Assembly (NCBI GenBank): GCA_025603075.1
Contig: MU626277.1
Coordinates: 3,680 to 67,679, forward strand
Source: Neoconidiobolus thromboides FSU 785
Lineage: Eukaryota > Fungi > Entomophthoromycota
DNA length: 64,000 bases
Direction: 5' to 3'
Shown here: positions 1 through 10,859 of the stretch, piece by piece
How the letters are laid out: every line of letters starts with the position of its first letter
How positions within the stretch are numbered: the stretch's first letter is position 1
The notes under the pieces: model-generated
The model's input: the letters and a program-made list of their open reading frames with translations, nothing else
Told to the model about the DNA's origin: nothing
Databases searched by the model: none
Program-made: the position numbers and the translations under genes

Positions 1-165
1 AATGTATTAGGTGAAAATGGTGTAGCTGATGTTAAAGCTAAAGCTAAAGTTGATGGGATTGCTGATGAAAAAGTCAATGCTAGTGTATTAGGCAAAGATG
101 GTAACTTGCTACAGGTCGACTTAAAGAAAGTAATTTCGTTAGGTGATAGGAATAAGGAATATTAA
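1..165 (+). CDS. 3' end of a 27-aa beta-repeat protein (paralogue P0, truncated by window edge)
   Basis: Frame 1 reads NVLGENGVADVKAKAKVDGIADEKVNASVLGKDGNLLQVDLKKVISLGDRNKEY*, the same repeat and C-terminal cap as the ORF at 731. Confidence 0.88.
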   Translation, partial: NVLGENGVADVKAKAKVDGIADEKVNASVLGKDGNLLQVDLKKVISLGDRNKEY

Positions 166-597
166 GAATTGCGGGTTTCTATTGAATAAATAATTTAAGT
201 TAATTTAATTTAAATAGATTTAAAGTTGGTGGGTCTTTTTAATATTTTCAATAATATTATAACCATAAAAATAATTAAAGCTGGAAAATACAAAATATTA
301 TATCAAAGTTGTAGCATTTAATCTAAAGGCAAGTGTTTTATCATTTTAATCAAAAGTTAGTTTTTTTACTATGATTTTGATAAAGTATATAAAATTAGCT
401 TAAAAAAATAAGTTTATTTTATTTCGTTTTACTTTGCTAATGTATGCTAGTTTTCTAAATTTGGTATATAATTTTATTGTGTAAAATTAATGTAAATTTG
501 AATTGGAAACTAAACCACATAATTAAATTTTTATTAAAAATGAACCTTTTAAATTCATTAGAATTAAATTAAGAAAAATAAAAATAAACAAGACTTA

Positions 598-612
598 AAA
601 AAATAGTATAAA
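598..612 (+). promoter_or_regulatory. Putative TATA-containing motif AAAAAATAGTATAAA upstream of P1
   Basis: About 120 bp upstream of ATG 731. The identical 15-mer lies at 3602-3616, upstream of P2. Confidence 0.4.
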
Positions 613-730
613 TACATGAAAACTTTAACATTTTTGATATCTAACCTATTATTTTATTCGAAATCTAATAACACCTGCTTACCAATTAATAATTTATAAC
701 TAATTAACTAATAATCTATTTACTTTAAAA

Positions 731-1708
731 ATGAAGAATATTTATATAACTTTAGTATTAGTATCTTTTATAGCCAATACAATCTCCCATGAAACTACTA
801 GTAGTAATGAAACTTCAAACTCAGATTCAATAGAATCCAACTTATTAAACATCCCATCTAATGGAAATCAGACGCCAATTTCAAGATCAAGCTATGTCTA
901 TAATACTTATCAACCAGAATATTTAGCTAAAAAACCGGAAGAAATAAAACCTCAAGGTAGACCTGAAGAAAATAAACCTGAAGGGAAAAAGCCTGAGGAA
1001 AGTAAACCACAAGAAAAAAAACCTGAAGAGATCAAACCTCAAGACAATTTCCCAAAAGGCAACCAACCACAAACCAATCAACCAAAACGTAATGAGCCTC
1101 ACGACAATCAGTCCAAAGACTACCAACCTGAGAATGGGGGTTTACCCATTGATATAGGTGCCAATGTCAAGATTGGTAACATTGATTTACTCCGTATCAA
1201 AGTCCTTCTCGATCTTTTAAATAAAGACAAAGGCCTCGCCAACTTAAATGTAAAAGCCAATGTCCTCAATGATTTGGTGAAAGCTGATATTCTTGCCGAT
1301 GTCCTCTCGAAGAAAGGACTTATCAATGCAGATGTCAAAGCTAAAGTAGACGAGCTTGTAAATGCCCAAGTAAATGCTAACGTGTTAAGCGAAAAAGGAG
1401 TAGCTGATGCTAAAGTCAAAGCAAATGTAGCCGATATTGCCAAAGCTGATGTTAAGGCAAATGTGCTAGGTGAAAATGGTGTGGCTAAAGCTGATGTTAA
1501 AGCAGATATAGCTGATGTTGCTAAGGCAGATGTAGGCGCTAACGTCTTAAATAAAGAGGGTATAGCCGATGCTAAGGTTAAAGCGGAAGTAGGAAATGGT
1601 GAGAATAAAGTAGCGGATGTCAATTTGTTGGCTAAAGTATTGAATAATGGGAAATTAGCCCAGATCGATTTGAAAAAATTGAACTTATTGGGTGGAAAGG
1701 GATATTAA
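731..1708 (+). CDS. Secreted 27-aa beta-repeat protein P1 (325 aa)
   Basis: Intronless ORF with signal-peptide-like N-terminus, KPEE/NQP-rich linker, then GGLPIDI cap, about 5 repeats such as VLSEKGVADAKVKANVADIAKADVKAN, and a C-cap. Confidence 0.92.
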   Translation: MKNIYITLVLVSFIANTISHETTSSNETSNSDSIESNLLNIPSNGNQTPISRSSYVYNTYQPEYLAKKPEEIKPQGRPEENKPEGKKPEESKPQEKKPEEIKPQDNFPKGNQPQTNQPKRNEPHDNQSKDYQPENGGLPIDIGANVKIGNIDLLRIKVLLDLLNKDKGLANLNVKANVLNDLVKADILADVLSKKGLINADVKAKVDELVNAQVNANVLSEKGVADAKVKANVADIAKADVKANVLGENGVAKADVKADIADVAKADVGANVLNKEGIADAKVKAEVGNGENKVADVNLLAKVLNNGKLAQIDLKKLNLLGGKGY

Positions 1709-2475
1709 TGATTAAGGGTTTTATATTAAATAAATAATTATATATTTTGAATTTTATGGTTACAATTACTTTGTTTTGTCAAATTTAGTATTGATGCATT
1801 GATTCGTCCAGAATAATCAAAAATGAGAACATAGCGTTTATTGAGAATTATGTTATTGATTAAACATATCTCATTAGTCTTTTAAAAATTGAGTTTTCGT
1901 ACTACAGTTTTATAAAAAAATACAAAAATCTGACTAAAAGAATTTGAGCTTACTTAGTCTTCATAGGAATTAATAGCACGTATTGTAAAATAATTTTTTT
2001 GATACTTTATTTAGCATATCGAATACACTTTAAAATAATAATATCGTAAGCACTGCTTCAAAAAGTTTTGATTAAAAAAACTATAAAACATAAGATGAAT
2101 TATTTTAATTGAATTGTAATACTTTTAAAGTTATTTTATATTGCACTCTTGTATCTAAAATAAAATTACTACGAGGAGTATTAGTTCTATAATAAAAGGT
2201 TACATACATTTAGAAAGTTTCTTCTCATTCCTTTATTTTGTTTATTTTTATGTAAGATAAAATTATGAAAATCTAACTAATATTCAAAAAAAAACACTTG
2301 TCTTTTATCATATAAAAAGAAAGCTTCCATAGTTCTCAGACTATAGTAACGGCATATAAATAGATCCTGATATTATTGATATGATATTTACTCTATGATC
2401 TATTTTTAAAGATAAGTAATTGAAAGCTATTCCGCTCTCTTTAAGGGCAATTTATTACAATTTTATTATACATAT

Positions 2476-2566
2476 AACTGGGCATTTACAATTTTTTATT
2501 TACCAAGTTCAATCATGATGTTTTTCTACTTTTGCATGTGTAAATACAAAATGAAAATGCCCAGTT
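2476..2566. mobile_element. Second MITE-like element (TIR AACTGGGCATTT / AAATGCCCAGTT)
   Basis: Perfect 12-bp inverted termini flanked by ATAT on both sides (2472-2475, 2567-2570). Only one copy seen. Confidence 0.5.
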
Positions 2567-2570
2567 ATAT

Positions 2571-2668
2571 GAGGCTGTTTTTTTTTGTTTCATTACTTTT
2601 TCCATTTTTCAAGAGCTATTTGAGTAGAAAGATTATTAGTAAAATTCTTAAACAAAAAATACATCCTC
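2571..2668 (+). mobile_element. ~98-bp MITE, family A
   Basis: GAGGCTGTTTTT...TTCATTACTTTTTCCATTTTT...CTATTTGAGT...TTAGTAAAATTCTTAA...AAAAATACATCCTC, flanked by ATAT/GTAT. Confidence 0.8.
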
Positions 2669-3601
2669 GTATGTTTAATATAATTTGGTAGTAATGTTAT
2701 TAATTTTCAAATAAATTAAAATATGGCTTGGTAACTGATGTAATGGTTAATAAAATGAATTTATAGTGAAATATAATTCTAGACTCATTATTAGCATAGA
2801 ATTTATATTGATAAAGCGTTACGTATTTAAAAATAAATATATCCTATTTCCTTTCAATAATGATAAAGTGGATTAGTAATTTTTTAATTTAATTTAGCTT
2901 AGTAACCAAATTATAGCAAGTTTAGTTCTAGACTTGAAAATTATGGCCAATATTTATGCTGATAAAATTAAATAAATTAAAGTCAACTCTAAGAGAAAAT
3001 TTCGAGCTCAACTAACTATTACATAAACAGAAAGAATCAGGCTATAGTCAAGTTGTCTTAATATCATTGTTTAAGTTTTCAACTGTTACTTTATAGTAAA
3101 TATTGTAAATATTGTAAACAATTGTATGGTTAACAATGTTCTTTAGAGAATATTGATGATTTGATAAATGGGTAACCAGGTGGCAATTAATCTAAGAGGA
3201 CCTAAGTGCTACTCAATTCATTTAATTGTTACAAATAGTTCAACCTTTAAAATAACTAACTATCAGGATAACAAAGTTTAGTTTCTTATAAAAATTTAAT
3301 ATAAAAAATGTAGCAACTTCAAAGCCTTGAATTAAATCCTAATTTAATAGTTCTAAAACAATTAAAGTTTTCATTTTTTTAGTGGTTGATTTGTGGTTTT
3401 AATTGAATTTTTAATCAATATTTGTATTTTAATTATTTAATTACAATATTGATAACTATTAAGTGAAGCTTGTAACTTTATAATGAAAGTTCTATAGACG
3501 ATGGTAAAAAAAACTATAAGGAGGCTTAAAAGAGTAAAAAAAGCGGAATACTAGGGTTTAATATTCATTAAAACACTATAATAATATACTTAATAAGGAT
3601 T

Positions 3602-3616
3602 AAAAAATAGTATAAA
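3602..3616 (+). promoter_or_regulatory. Putative TATA-containing motif upstream of P2
   Basis: Identical to 598-612, about 100 bp upstream of ATG 3714. Confidence 0.4.
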
Positions 3617-3713
3617 AAGCTAATTTTAAGCTACAGTGAAAAAACAAAAAAACAAACTTTTATATCTAAAATAATAACCTATAGCTTTATACCTTATCTA
3701 ATATTGAAAAGAA

Positions 3714-4634
3714 ATGAAAAATTTTATCCTAATTAATGTTTTATTAAGTTTACTTACTGGCAGCACTTCTCAGCCTATGGGCATTAATTCTTACCAGCCA
3801 TGTAAACCTTATAGTGATTGTAGTGATAGACGTCCTATGAAAGAAGCTAATAATAATATACAAATCAACAATGTTCAAGATTTGGGTAATGTTATTGAAC
3901 AAATTGGTGAATCTTTAAAGCACCAGCAAAATCAACAATTTCAACAACAATATCAAAATCAACAGCAACAGCAGATGTTGACTCAACAACAAATTCAACA
4001 AATTAGACAGCAGGAAAAACAGCAAATGAATCCCAGTAAGTTCCCACCAACGGGCAAGTTGCCACCCATTGGTGGTTTACCTATTGACATTGATGCCCAT
4101 GCCAAATTAGGTGATATCGATTTATTAAACCTTAATGTGGTTTTAAACTTGCTCAGCAAAAAAGGGTTATTAGATGGTCGAGTAAAAGCAGATGTGTTAA
4201 ATAAATTTATTGGAGCGGACGCATTAGCTGGTGTGTTAACTAACAAAGGATTAGTTGATGCTGATGTTAAAGCTAAAGTTCGAGAACTTGTTAATGCACA
4301 AGTTAAAGCTAATATATTGAGTGATAAAGGAGTGGCAGATGCTAGAGTCAAAGCGGATGTTAAAGGAGTAGCTAACGCAGACGTTAAAGCTAATGTTTTG
4401 GGTCAAAAAGGATTGGCCGATGCTGATGTTAAAGCTAAAGTAATGGATTTGGCAGATGCTAATGTACATGCTAATGTACTAGATAAAAATGGGTTGGCTG
4501 ATGTTGAAGTTAAAGCTAAAGTTGGGCCAGATGGTAATATCGTTGATGCTAATTTGGATGCTAAAGTGCTTAAGGATGGGCAATTAGCTAAAGTGGGTTT
4601 AACAAAAGCAGATATTTTAAAGAGTAGTAAATAA
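3714..4634 (+). CDS. Secreted 27-aa beta-repeat protein P2 (306 aa)
   Basis: Signal-peptide-like start, Q-rich linker, GGLPIDI cap, and repeats collinear unit-for-unit with P1. Confidence 0.92.
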   Translation: MKNFILINVLLSLLTGSTSQPMGINSYQPCKPYSDCSDRRPMKEANNNIQINNVQDLGNVIEQIGESLKHQQNQQFQQQYQNQQQQQMLTQQQIQQIRQQEKQQMNPSKFPPTGKLPPIGGLPIDIDAHAKLGDIDLLNLNVVLNLLSKKGLLDGRVKADVLNKFIGADALAGVLTNKGLVDADVKAKVRELVNAQVKANILSDKGVADARVKADVKGVANADVKANVLGQKGLADADVKAKVMDLADANVHANVLDKNGLADVEVKAKVGPDGNIVDANLDAKVLKDGQLAKVGLTKADILKSSK

Positions 4635-4815
4635 CCATTTTCATTTATTTGTTTATTTCTTATTAAATGTTAAGGATGATGAAATAAAATATTTTAAATA
4701 AATATAGTTTCTAAAATTTGTTAAACTTTTAATTGAACCATTATTATTAAAATATTAAGGAATACAAAGATGCTAGTAAATTTAAATATTGATTAATTAA
4801 TTTTATTGTGAAACC

Positions 4816-7178
4816 TTAATATTTGTATCCATAATGTGTGCTTACAATGCTCATAATCGAAGCTTTCACTTGAGCATCAACTAAACCATCAACACCAAGG
4901 ATATTAGTATCAACCATGAGTTTGGCCATTTCAGCAATTGAAGCTCTCAATTTGAAATCAACTAATCCATTTGGTCCTAGAGCGTTGAGTTTTGCATTTA
5001 TATCAGCGATTCCATCAACACAAGCTTTTAATTTAAGATCAACTAGCCCATTACTTCNNNNNNNNNNNNNNNNNNNNNNNNNNNNNNNNNNNNNNNNNNN
5101 NNNNNNNNNNNNNNNNNNNNNNNNNNNNNNNNNNNNNNNNNNNNNNNNNNNNNNNNNNNNNNNNNNNNNNNNNNNNNNNNNNNNNNNNNNNNNNNNNNNN
5201 NNNNNNNNNNNNNNNNNNNNNNNNNNNNNNNNNNNNNNNNNNNNNNNNNNNNNNNNNNNNNNNNNNNNNNNNNNNNNNNNNNNNNNNNNNNNNNNNNNNN
5301 NNNNNNNNNNNNNNNNNNNNNNNNNNNNNNNNNNNNNNNNNNNNNNNNNNNNNNNNNNNNNNNNNNNNNNNNNNNNNNNNNNNNNNNNNNNNNNNNNNNN
5401 NNNNNNNNNNNNNNNNNNNNNNNNNNNNNNNNNNNNNNNNNNNNNNNNNNNNNNNNNNNNNNNNNNNNNNNNNNNNNNNNNNNNNNNNNNNNNNNNNNNN
5501 NNNNNNNNNNNNNNNNNNNNNNNNNNNNNNNNNNNNNNNNNNNNNNNNNNNNNNNNNNNNNNNNNNNNNNNNNNNNNNNNNNNNNNNNNNNNNNNNNNNN
5601 NNNNNNNNNNNNNNNNNNNNNNNNNNNNNNNNNNNNNNNNNNNNNNNNNNNNNNNNNNNNNNNNNNNNNNNNNNNNNNNNNNNNNNNNNNNNNNNNNNNN
5701 NNNNNNNNNNNNNNNNNNNNNNNNNNNNNNNNNNNNNNNNNNNNNNNNNNNNNNNNNNNNNNNNNNNNNNNNNNNNNNNNNNNNNNNNNNNNNNNNNNNN
5801 NNNNNNNNNNNNNNNNNNNNNNNNNNNNNNNNNNNNNNNNNNNNNNNNNNNNNNNNNCTTTTAATTTAAGATCAACTAGCCCATTACTTCCCATGACGTT
5901 AATTTGAGATGCTAATTTAACTATTTCACCAATAGAAGCTTTTAAGTCAGCAGTAGCTAAACCTTTATCACTAAGAATATTAGCCTTGATAATGAGGTCA
6001 GCCATCCCATTGATTGAGGCTTTAGCTTTAACATCCACTACACCGTTCTTGCCTAAAACACTTGCATCAATATCAAGTTTGGCAAGTTTTTCAATAGAAG
6101 CCTTCAGCTTGGCTTCAGCTAACCCATTAACACCTAATACTTTTGATTCAAGGATTAAGGAAGAGATATCTTTAATTGATGCCATTAATTTTAAACTAGC
6201 GACACCGTCATTGCCCAAAAGTTTAGCTTCAGCCGAAATCTTAGTAATTTTATCAACGCATGCTTTTAAGTTAGCATCTACAAGGCCATTCTTGTTTAAA
6301 ATATTAATCTGAGCTGATAAATCAGCAATGTCTCCGATACATACTTTAAGCTTTGAGTTCACTAAACCATCTTTACCCAAAACATCCAATTGAGCAACAA
6401 TTTTGGCAATATCACCAATAGAAGCTTGTACCTTTGCGTTGACCAAACCTTTATTACTGAGAATGCTAGCATCAATACCAAGGTCGATAATTTTTTTCTT
6501 ATCACCAACCTTAGCATCAATTGAAGTATCTAACAAACCTTTTTTGCCTAATAAACTAGCTTGAAAATCGGTGTCAACTTTTTTATCAAAAAGGTCAACC
6601 CCGCCTTTAACATCAACAAGCCCGTTTTTGCCAAATAATTTTAAATTTAAATCACTATCAACTAATTTATGACCAAACAAATTTAAATCAAAGCCCAAAT
6701 TGATAGGGATGCCATTTTTCTCTTTCTTATTACTATCAGCATTGCTATATTTAGGGTCTTCTTTCTTCTTAGTATCCTTATTATATTTAGAGTCTTCTTT
6801 CTTTTTTTTGTCATTATTGTATTTTTCTTCTTTCTTCTTTTTGTCATTATTGTATTCTTCTTCTTTCCCATATGTTCTACGGTAAATAGGTCCACTCTCG
6901 GAATAGCTAGCCACCATTGAAGATAAATTAGAACCTAATTGCTCTAAACCAATACTGTTGGTATCATTTACCCTTAACTCAGAAACTAAGTCCTGCTCTT
7001 GCTTTGTAGTTTCATGACAGGCACTCTCCCAGTAGTATTGTTCCGGACAAGGTTGGCAGGCGCCGTTATGATTATACAAACAATCGGTATTGGCTCCCAG
7101 AACCTTTTCGCTTTGGCATACACTGGAGAATACAGCTAAGAAGGCCAAGCTTACGTAGATATTAGAGTTATTAGGCAT
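4816..7178 (-). CDS. Secreted 27-aa beta-repeat protein P3 (at least 12 repeats; spans assembly gap)
   Basis: Signal-like start, small Cys module, YNNDKKKK linker, GIPINL cap, then repeats. Below the gap the repeats continue (…ACVDGIADINAKLNALGPNGLVDFKLRAS…HYGYKY*) to TAA at 4816-4818. Confidence 0.88.
5058..5857. other. Assembly gap (800 N)
   Basis: Run of N. The same 33 bp occur on both sides (5025-5057 and 5858-5890). Confidence 0.99.
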
Positions 7179-8415
7179 ATTAGTTATATGTTATTAAGGA
7201 GTATTTGGTTTTTTTGATATTCTTAATTGGTGAAATTAGAGGAGTTTATATACCTTTTCAAAACGATGCTAGATTATAAATAGATTCATTGTATCTTCTT
7301 TCAATCATTTGAATTTAAAACAAGTGGGTTTCTTACTTCAAAATAGTAGTTCCAAGAATTGGGGATAGTTTATTTTTATCACTACAATACATTCTACAAT
7401 ATCTATTATAGACTTTTAATTGAATACTAATAATGCTAGTTGAGGTTGAAAGTTTTAAATAGTTTCTATATTTGGAAATAGTCTAATAGCTTCATTATTT
7501 TACCAGGATAAAATTTTGTAAGATTTGATTTAGGCTTTAATCCTGTGAATAAAGTTACCGCTGATTAATTAAAGTATAGATATAATACAAATTATACAAA
7601 TAAATGCTATTATTAGGTTGTTTTTTATATGGTGATAGTTTTTCGTGCGCATAAAGAGTATTGAGTTACTGGTCGTAGCAGTAAATATTCTTTATTTCTA
7701 AAAATAATGCTTATTTCAATACTGATTTTTTTAGTAGCTGTAGCTGTATATTAAAAACCCTTTCTACTCACATGAAAACTACAAACATACGAAAACCTAT
7801 GTAATAAACAATAAATCAAGGTTTATTATTGTTTTTAAAATAGTAAGTTTGTACGAAAAAATATTTACATCTTTTTGTTTATATTAGATATTCTTGCTTT
7901 TTCCCCTCTCTTTTAATTATTTTAGTCTTAATATTATTATTGAATACAATTATTAATAAAATTTAAGTGGATATACATTACATATAAAATTGTTTATCAT
8001 AGTATTTGTACATTGAAACTCAGATAAAAAATCCCAGCTAAATAAATATGGAGAAAAGTTTATCCTATGATCATTATCATCGTTTCAGAGACTCATCAAT
8101 TAGATTAGTTTATTAATAAAACTCTTATGAGTTCTAGTACTCTATTAAAATATTTGATTGAAGTCAAAGACAAAATCATCCCAGTTTGATTAAAATTTAA
8201 TTTGCAAATACAAGAATGTCTTTTTTTGTTTTATTGTTGTTCATCTTTTAACTAGCATTAAATTTAGAAAAATCATGTTTGATAATGTATCAAAGGGATA
8301 TTTTATTTTACTTTATTTTAAAAAACATTAATAATTATAATATTTGTTCTTAACATTTTTAATAATAAATCAATACCGGAAAAAAGTTAACCCTTGGGTT
8401 TAAATTAATTCATAT

Positions 8416-8505
8416 AGGAGTGTTTTTTTTGGCTTCACTTTTTCCATTTTTTAAGCACTATTTGAATGGAAAAATTGTTAGTAAAATCAATCACAAATAT
8501 CGCTG
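8416..8505 (+). mobile_element. MITE family A, degenerate 3' end
   Basis: ATAT|AGGAGTGTTTTTTTTGGCTTCACTTTTTCCATTTTTTAAGCACTATTTGAATGGAAAAATTGTTAGTAAAAT matches the family core. Confidence 0.7.
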
Positions 8506-8950
8506 TACCAATGTTTTAAGATATCATATTTAAATAATAATAAATATTTATATTCAGTTATATTTTATTTGCAGGTATGAATAAATGTATGAATTCCTGA
8601 TATAAATTTATGAGATTTAAATATAAAATTCATATTAAAAAATTATCGATTCAGAATGTTCTTTATCATTTTACAATATAGGTATAAAAATTTAAACTTG
8701 AGCTTTGATTTTCTTGAAATATGGCCTTTATAGTAACTAACTCTAATATTAAATAAAAAAATAAAAAATCAATGCATTATATATTTGCTCTCACCATAAT
8801 CATATAATTACATAAAAGCTATACTAATATATAATTCAATAGTAAAGCTTATTTCTACCAAATATCGATATTGTTTACTACAGAGCCTAGTAGAGCGCTT
8901 TTACTATATAAGGTAAATTATCTTACTAAAAAACACTTAATTTCAATAAA

Positions 8951-9045
8951 GCTAGTGTTTTTTATAAGAATTTTACTAACAGCTTTCCCCCTCAAATAGT
9001 ACTCAAGAAACGGAAAAAGTGGTGAAACAAAAAAAAAACTACTAT
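8951..9045 (-). mobile_element. MITE family A, degenerate termini
   Basis: Reverse complement contains TTTCACCACTTTTTCCGTTTCTTGAGTACTATTTGAGGGGGAAAGCTGTTAGTAAAATTCTTA. Confidence 0.65.
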
Positions 9046-9623
9046 GTATCAGTTTTTTTGGCCATTTTATCATATAGTTTCTATGAATTCTTATCCTTGC
9101 CATATTAGAAAGATTTCAAATAGTTTTTTTCACTTCTTTACAAGTATTCCCCTCTATCTAACATGCATAATAAATTTGGAAGTTTATTTTATTTTGTTAT
9201 TTATCTATCATTTATACATAGAATTAAAATAAACTATTAGTTGAATGCTAAAAAGTAGCAATTTGCCATATATTTCATTATAATGAATTTCTTTAATAAC
9301 CAACAGACTTTTGTTATTTCTCTATCATCAAAGTTTTATAAATCTAACTACCTCTCACATGAGTGGATTATCTATTTGTTAGAAAAAATTTCACACTTAT
9401 CCTCAATTTAAATGAAATTAGTTAATATCCCAACCCAAGACCTTTTATGATCAACTATCTTAGCTTCCAGATTTCTTCGTAGACTCTAACATTCTGTTAA
9501 CTAAATCACCAAAAAACCTAAATCATAAAGTACATAACAGGTAAATATAACACAACTCAATTTAAAAATAAAAAAATAAAAATTGAGTTCTAGTCTTTTA
9601 TTTAGTGCTCTATTTTATATCAT

Positions 9624-10774
9624 TCAAACTTCTAATGTCATCCCGCGGTTATGTTTCCAAAGGTAATACGGCAGCCTCCAATCTCTTTGAGTAAAACCGG
9701 GATCAAAAATATCGAAATCAAGCCCTTCCATCTTTTTCAACAAGTAAACTGTTGGTACCTAAAAAGCTATAAATAAAATATAAAAATTGATTCAAATAAT
9801 AACTTACCCCTGATAACACTGCCGGGAACCCCCATTTTAAATGTTGTTTATCTTGGTAATCCCTCATCATCGAATTTGCCGTAATTAGATGGTCGTTAGC
9901 TCGGGTAGCTACTTCAAAGATACAATTTTTCATACTTTCTGTCATCTTTTTATTTTCAAAAGCTTGATACATCTGCTGTTGAGAAACCGTGTTTAAAGCC
10001 AAAGTTTGTGATGGGATAATCATTTCTTTGTTGCTTAAGTAATAAGGTAATGACCGTATTAAGTTGGTGATTGCGATTGCTTTGCCTAAGTGACTGAGTA
10101 TGTGATCAAGCTTACCATCTCTGATACCCAAGAGCTCTGCATGTAAATAGAGTAAACTGCTGGCCGTATTTTCTCCATAGGCATCTAAGTCTTCGATAGA
10201 ATTGAAGTGTTCAGAATTAAATTGGTTGGCCTGTAATTGAAGTTAACTAAAAATGGTAATGCTATATGTATAGTTAAAATACCTTTTCATTTATCACTTT
10301 TTTGAAAAAAGTAGCGGATAAAGGCGAAGACTGAATGGCTTTAAATAACTCTAAAGCAACTGGTTGGTGAGGCGGGTTGCCCTTAATATTATATTAAATC
10401 GTTATGTACTTTGACATATATTTTTGCTTACTTTGTAAATGTTATCTATTGTTTCTTTCCAGAATAAAAATCGCATCTGTCCAATATTACTATTAGATAC
10501 TTGGTCTTTAATCGTACTTGTTTCTAAGTTAAACGCTCTCAGCGCTATATATCCTTCCCTCACCAGCTTGGGTGTGAATAATGATACTAAATAGTGTTCA
10601 TAGTCGCCATTTCTAAACGACTTTTAATCGATTTTTTAGTAAAATCAAGTTTGATTACCTCACCAGATTATTACAATAAGTTTCAGTATTTATTGAACTT
10701 TGTTTAGCTGTTGTCCCTGTTGTATAACATTTGTTAAATTGAAAATTCAATTTGACTTTTAATTTCGATTTCAT
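9624..10774 (-). CDS. NDUFAF6: NADH dehydrogenase assembly factor 6 (squalene/phytoene synthase-like), spliced
   Basis: Exons give YCNNLVRNGDYEHYLVSLF…ALRAFNLET…GQMRFLFWKETID, ATRANDHL, and DFDIFDP…RDWRLPYYLW. Confidence 0.85.
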
Positions 10775-10859
10775 TTCAAAAAATAAAAAAGGGCAAGTCA
10801 CCCAATAAGGTTATATAAATTTAAAAGTTAAATTTAAACTTAACCTGGTTAAATTTAAA

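Noticed and set aside
1120-6312. Antisense ORFs over the repeat genes (1120-1623, 3995-4351, 4916-5869, 5986-6312)
   Set aside because: Shadow frames created by the GCT/GTT/GAT/AAA codon bias of the sense repeats. The 4916 ORF is mostly N.
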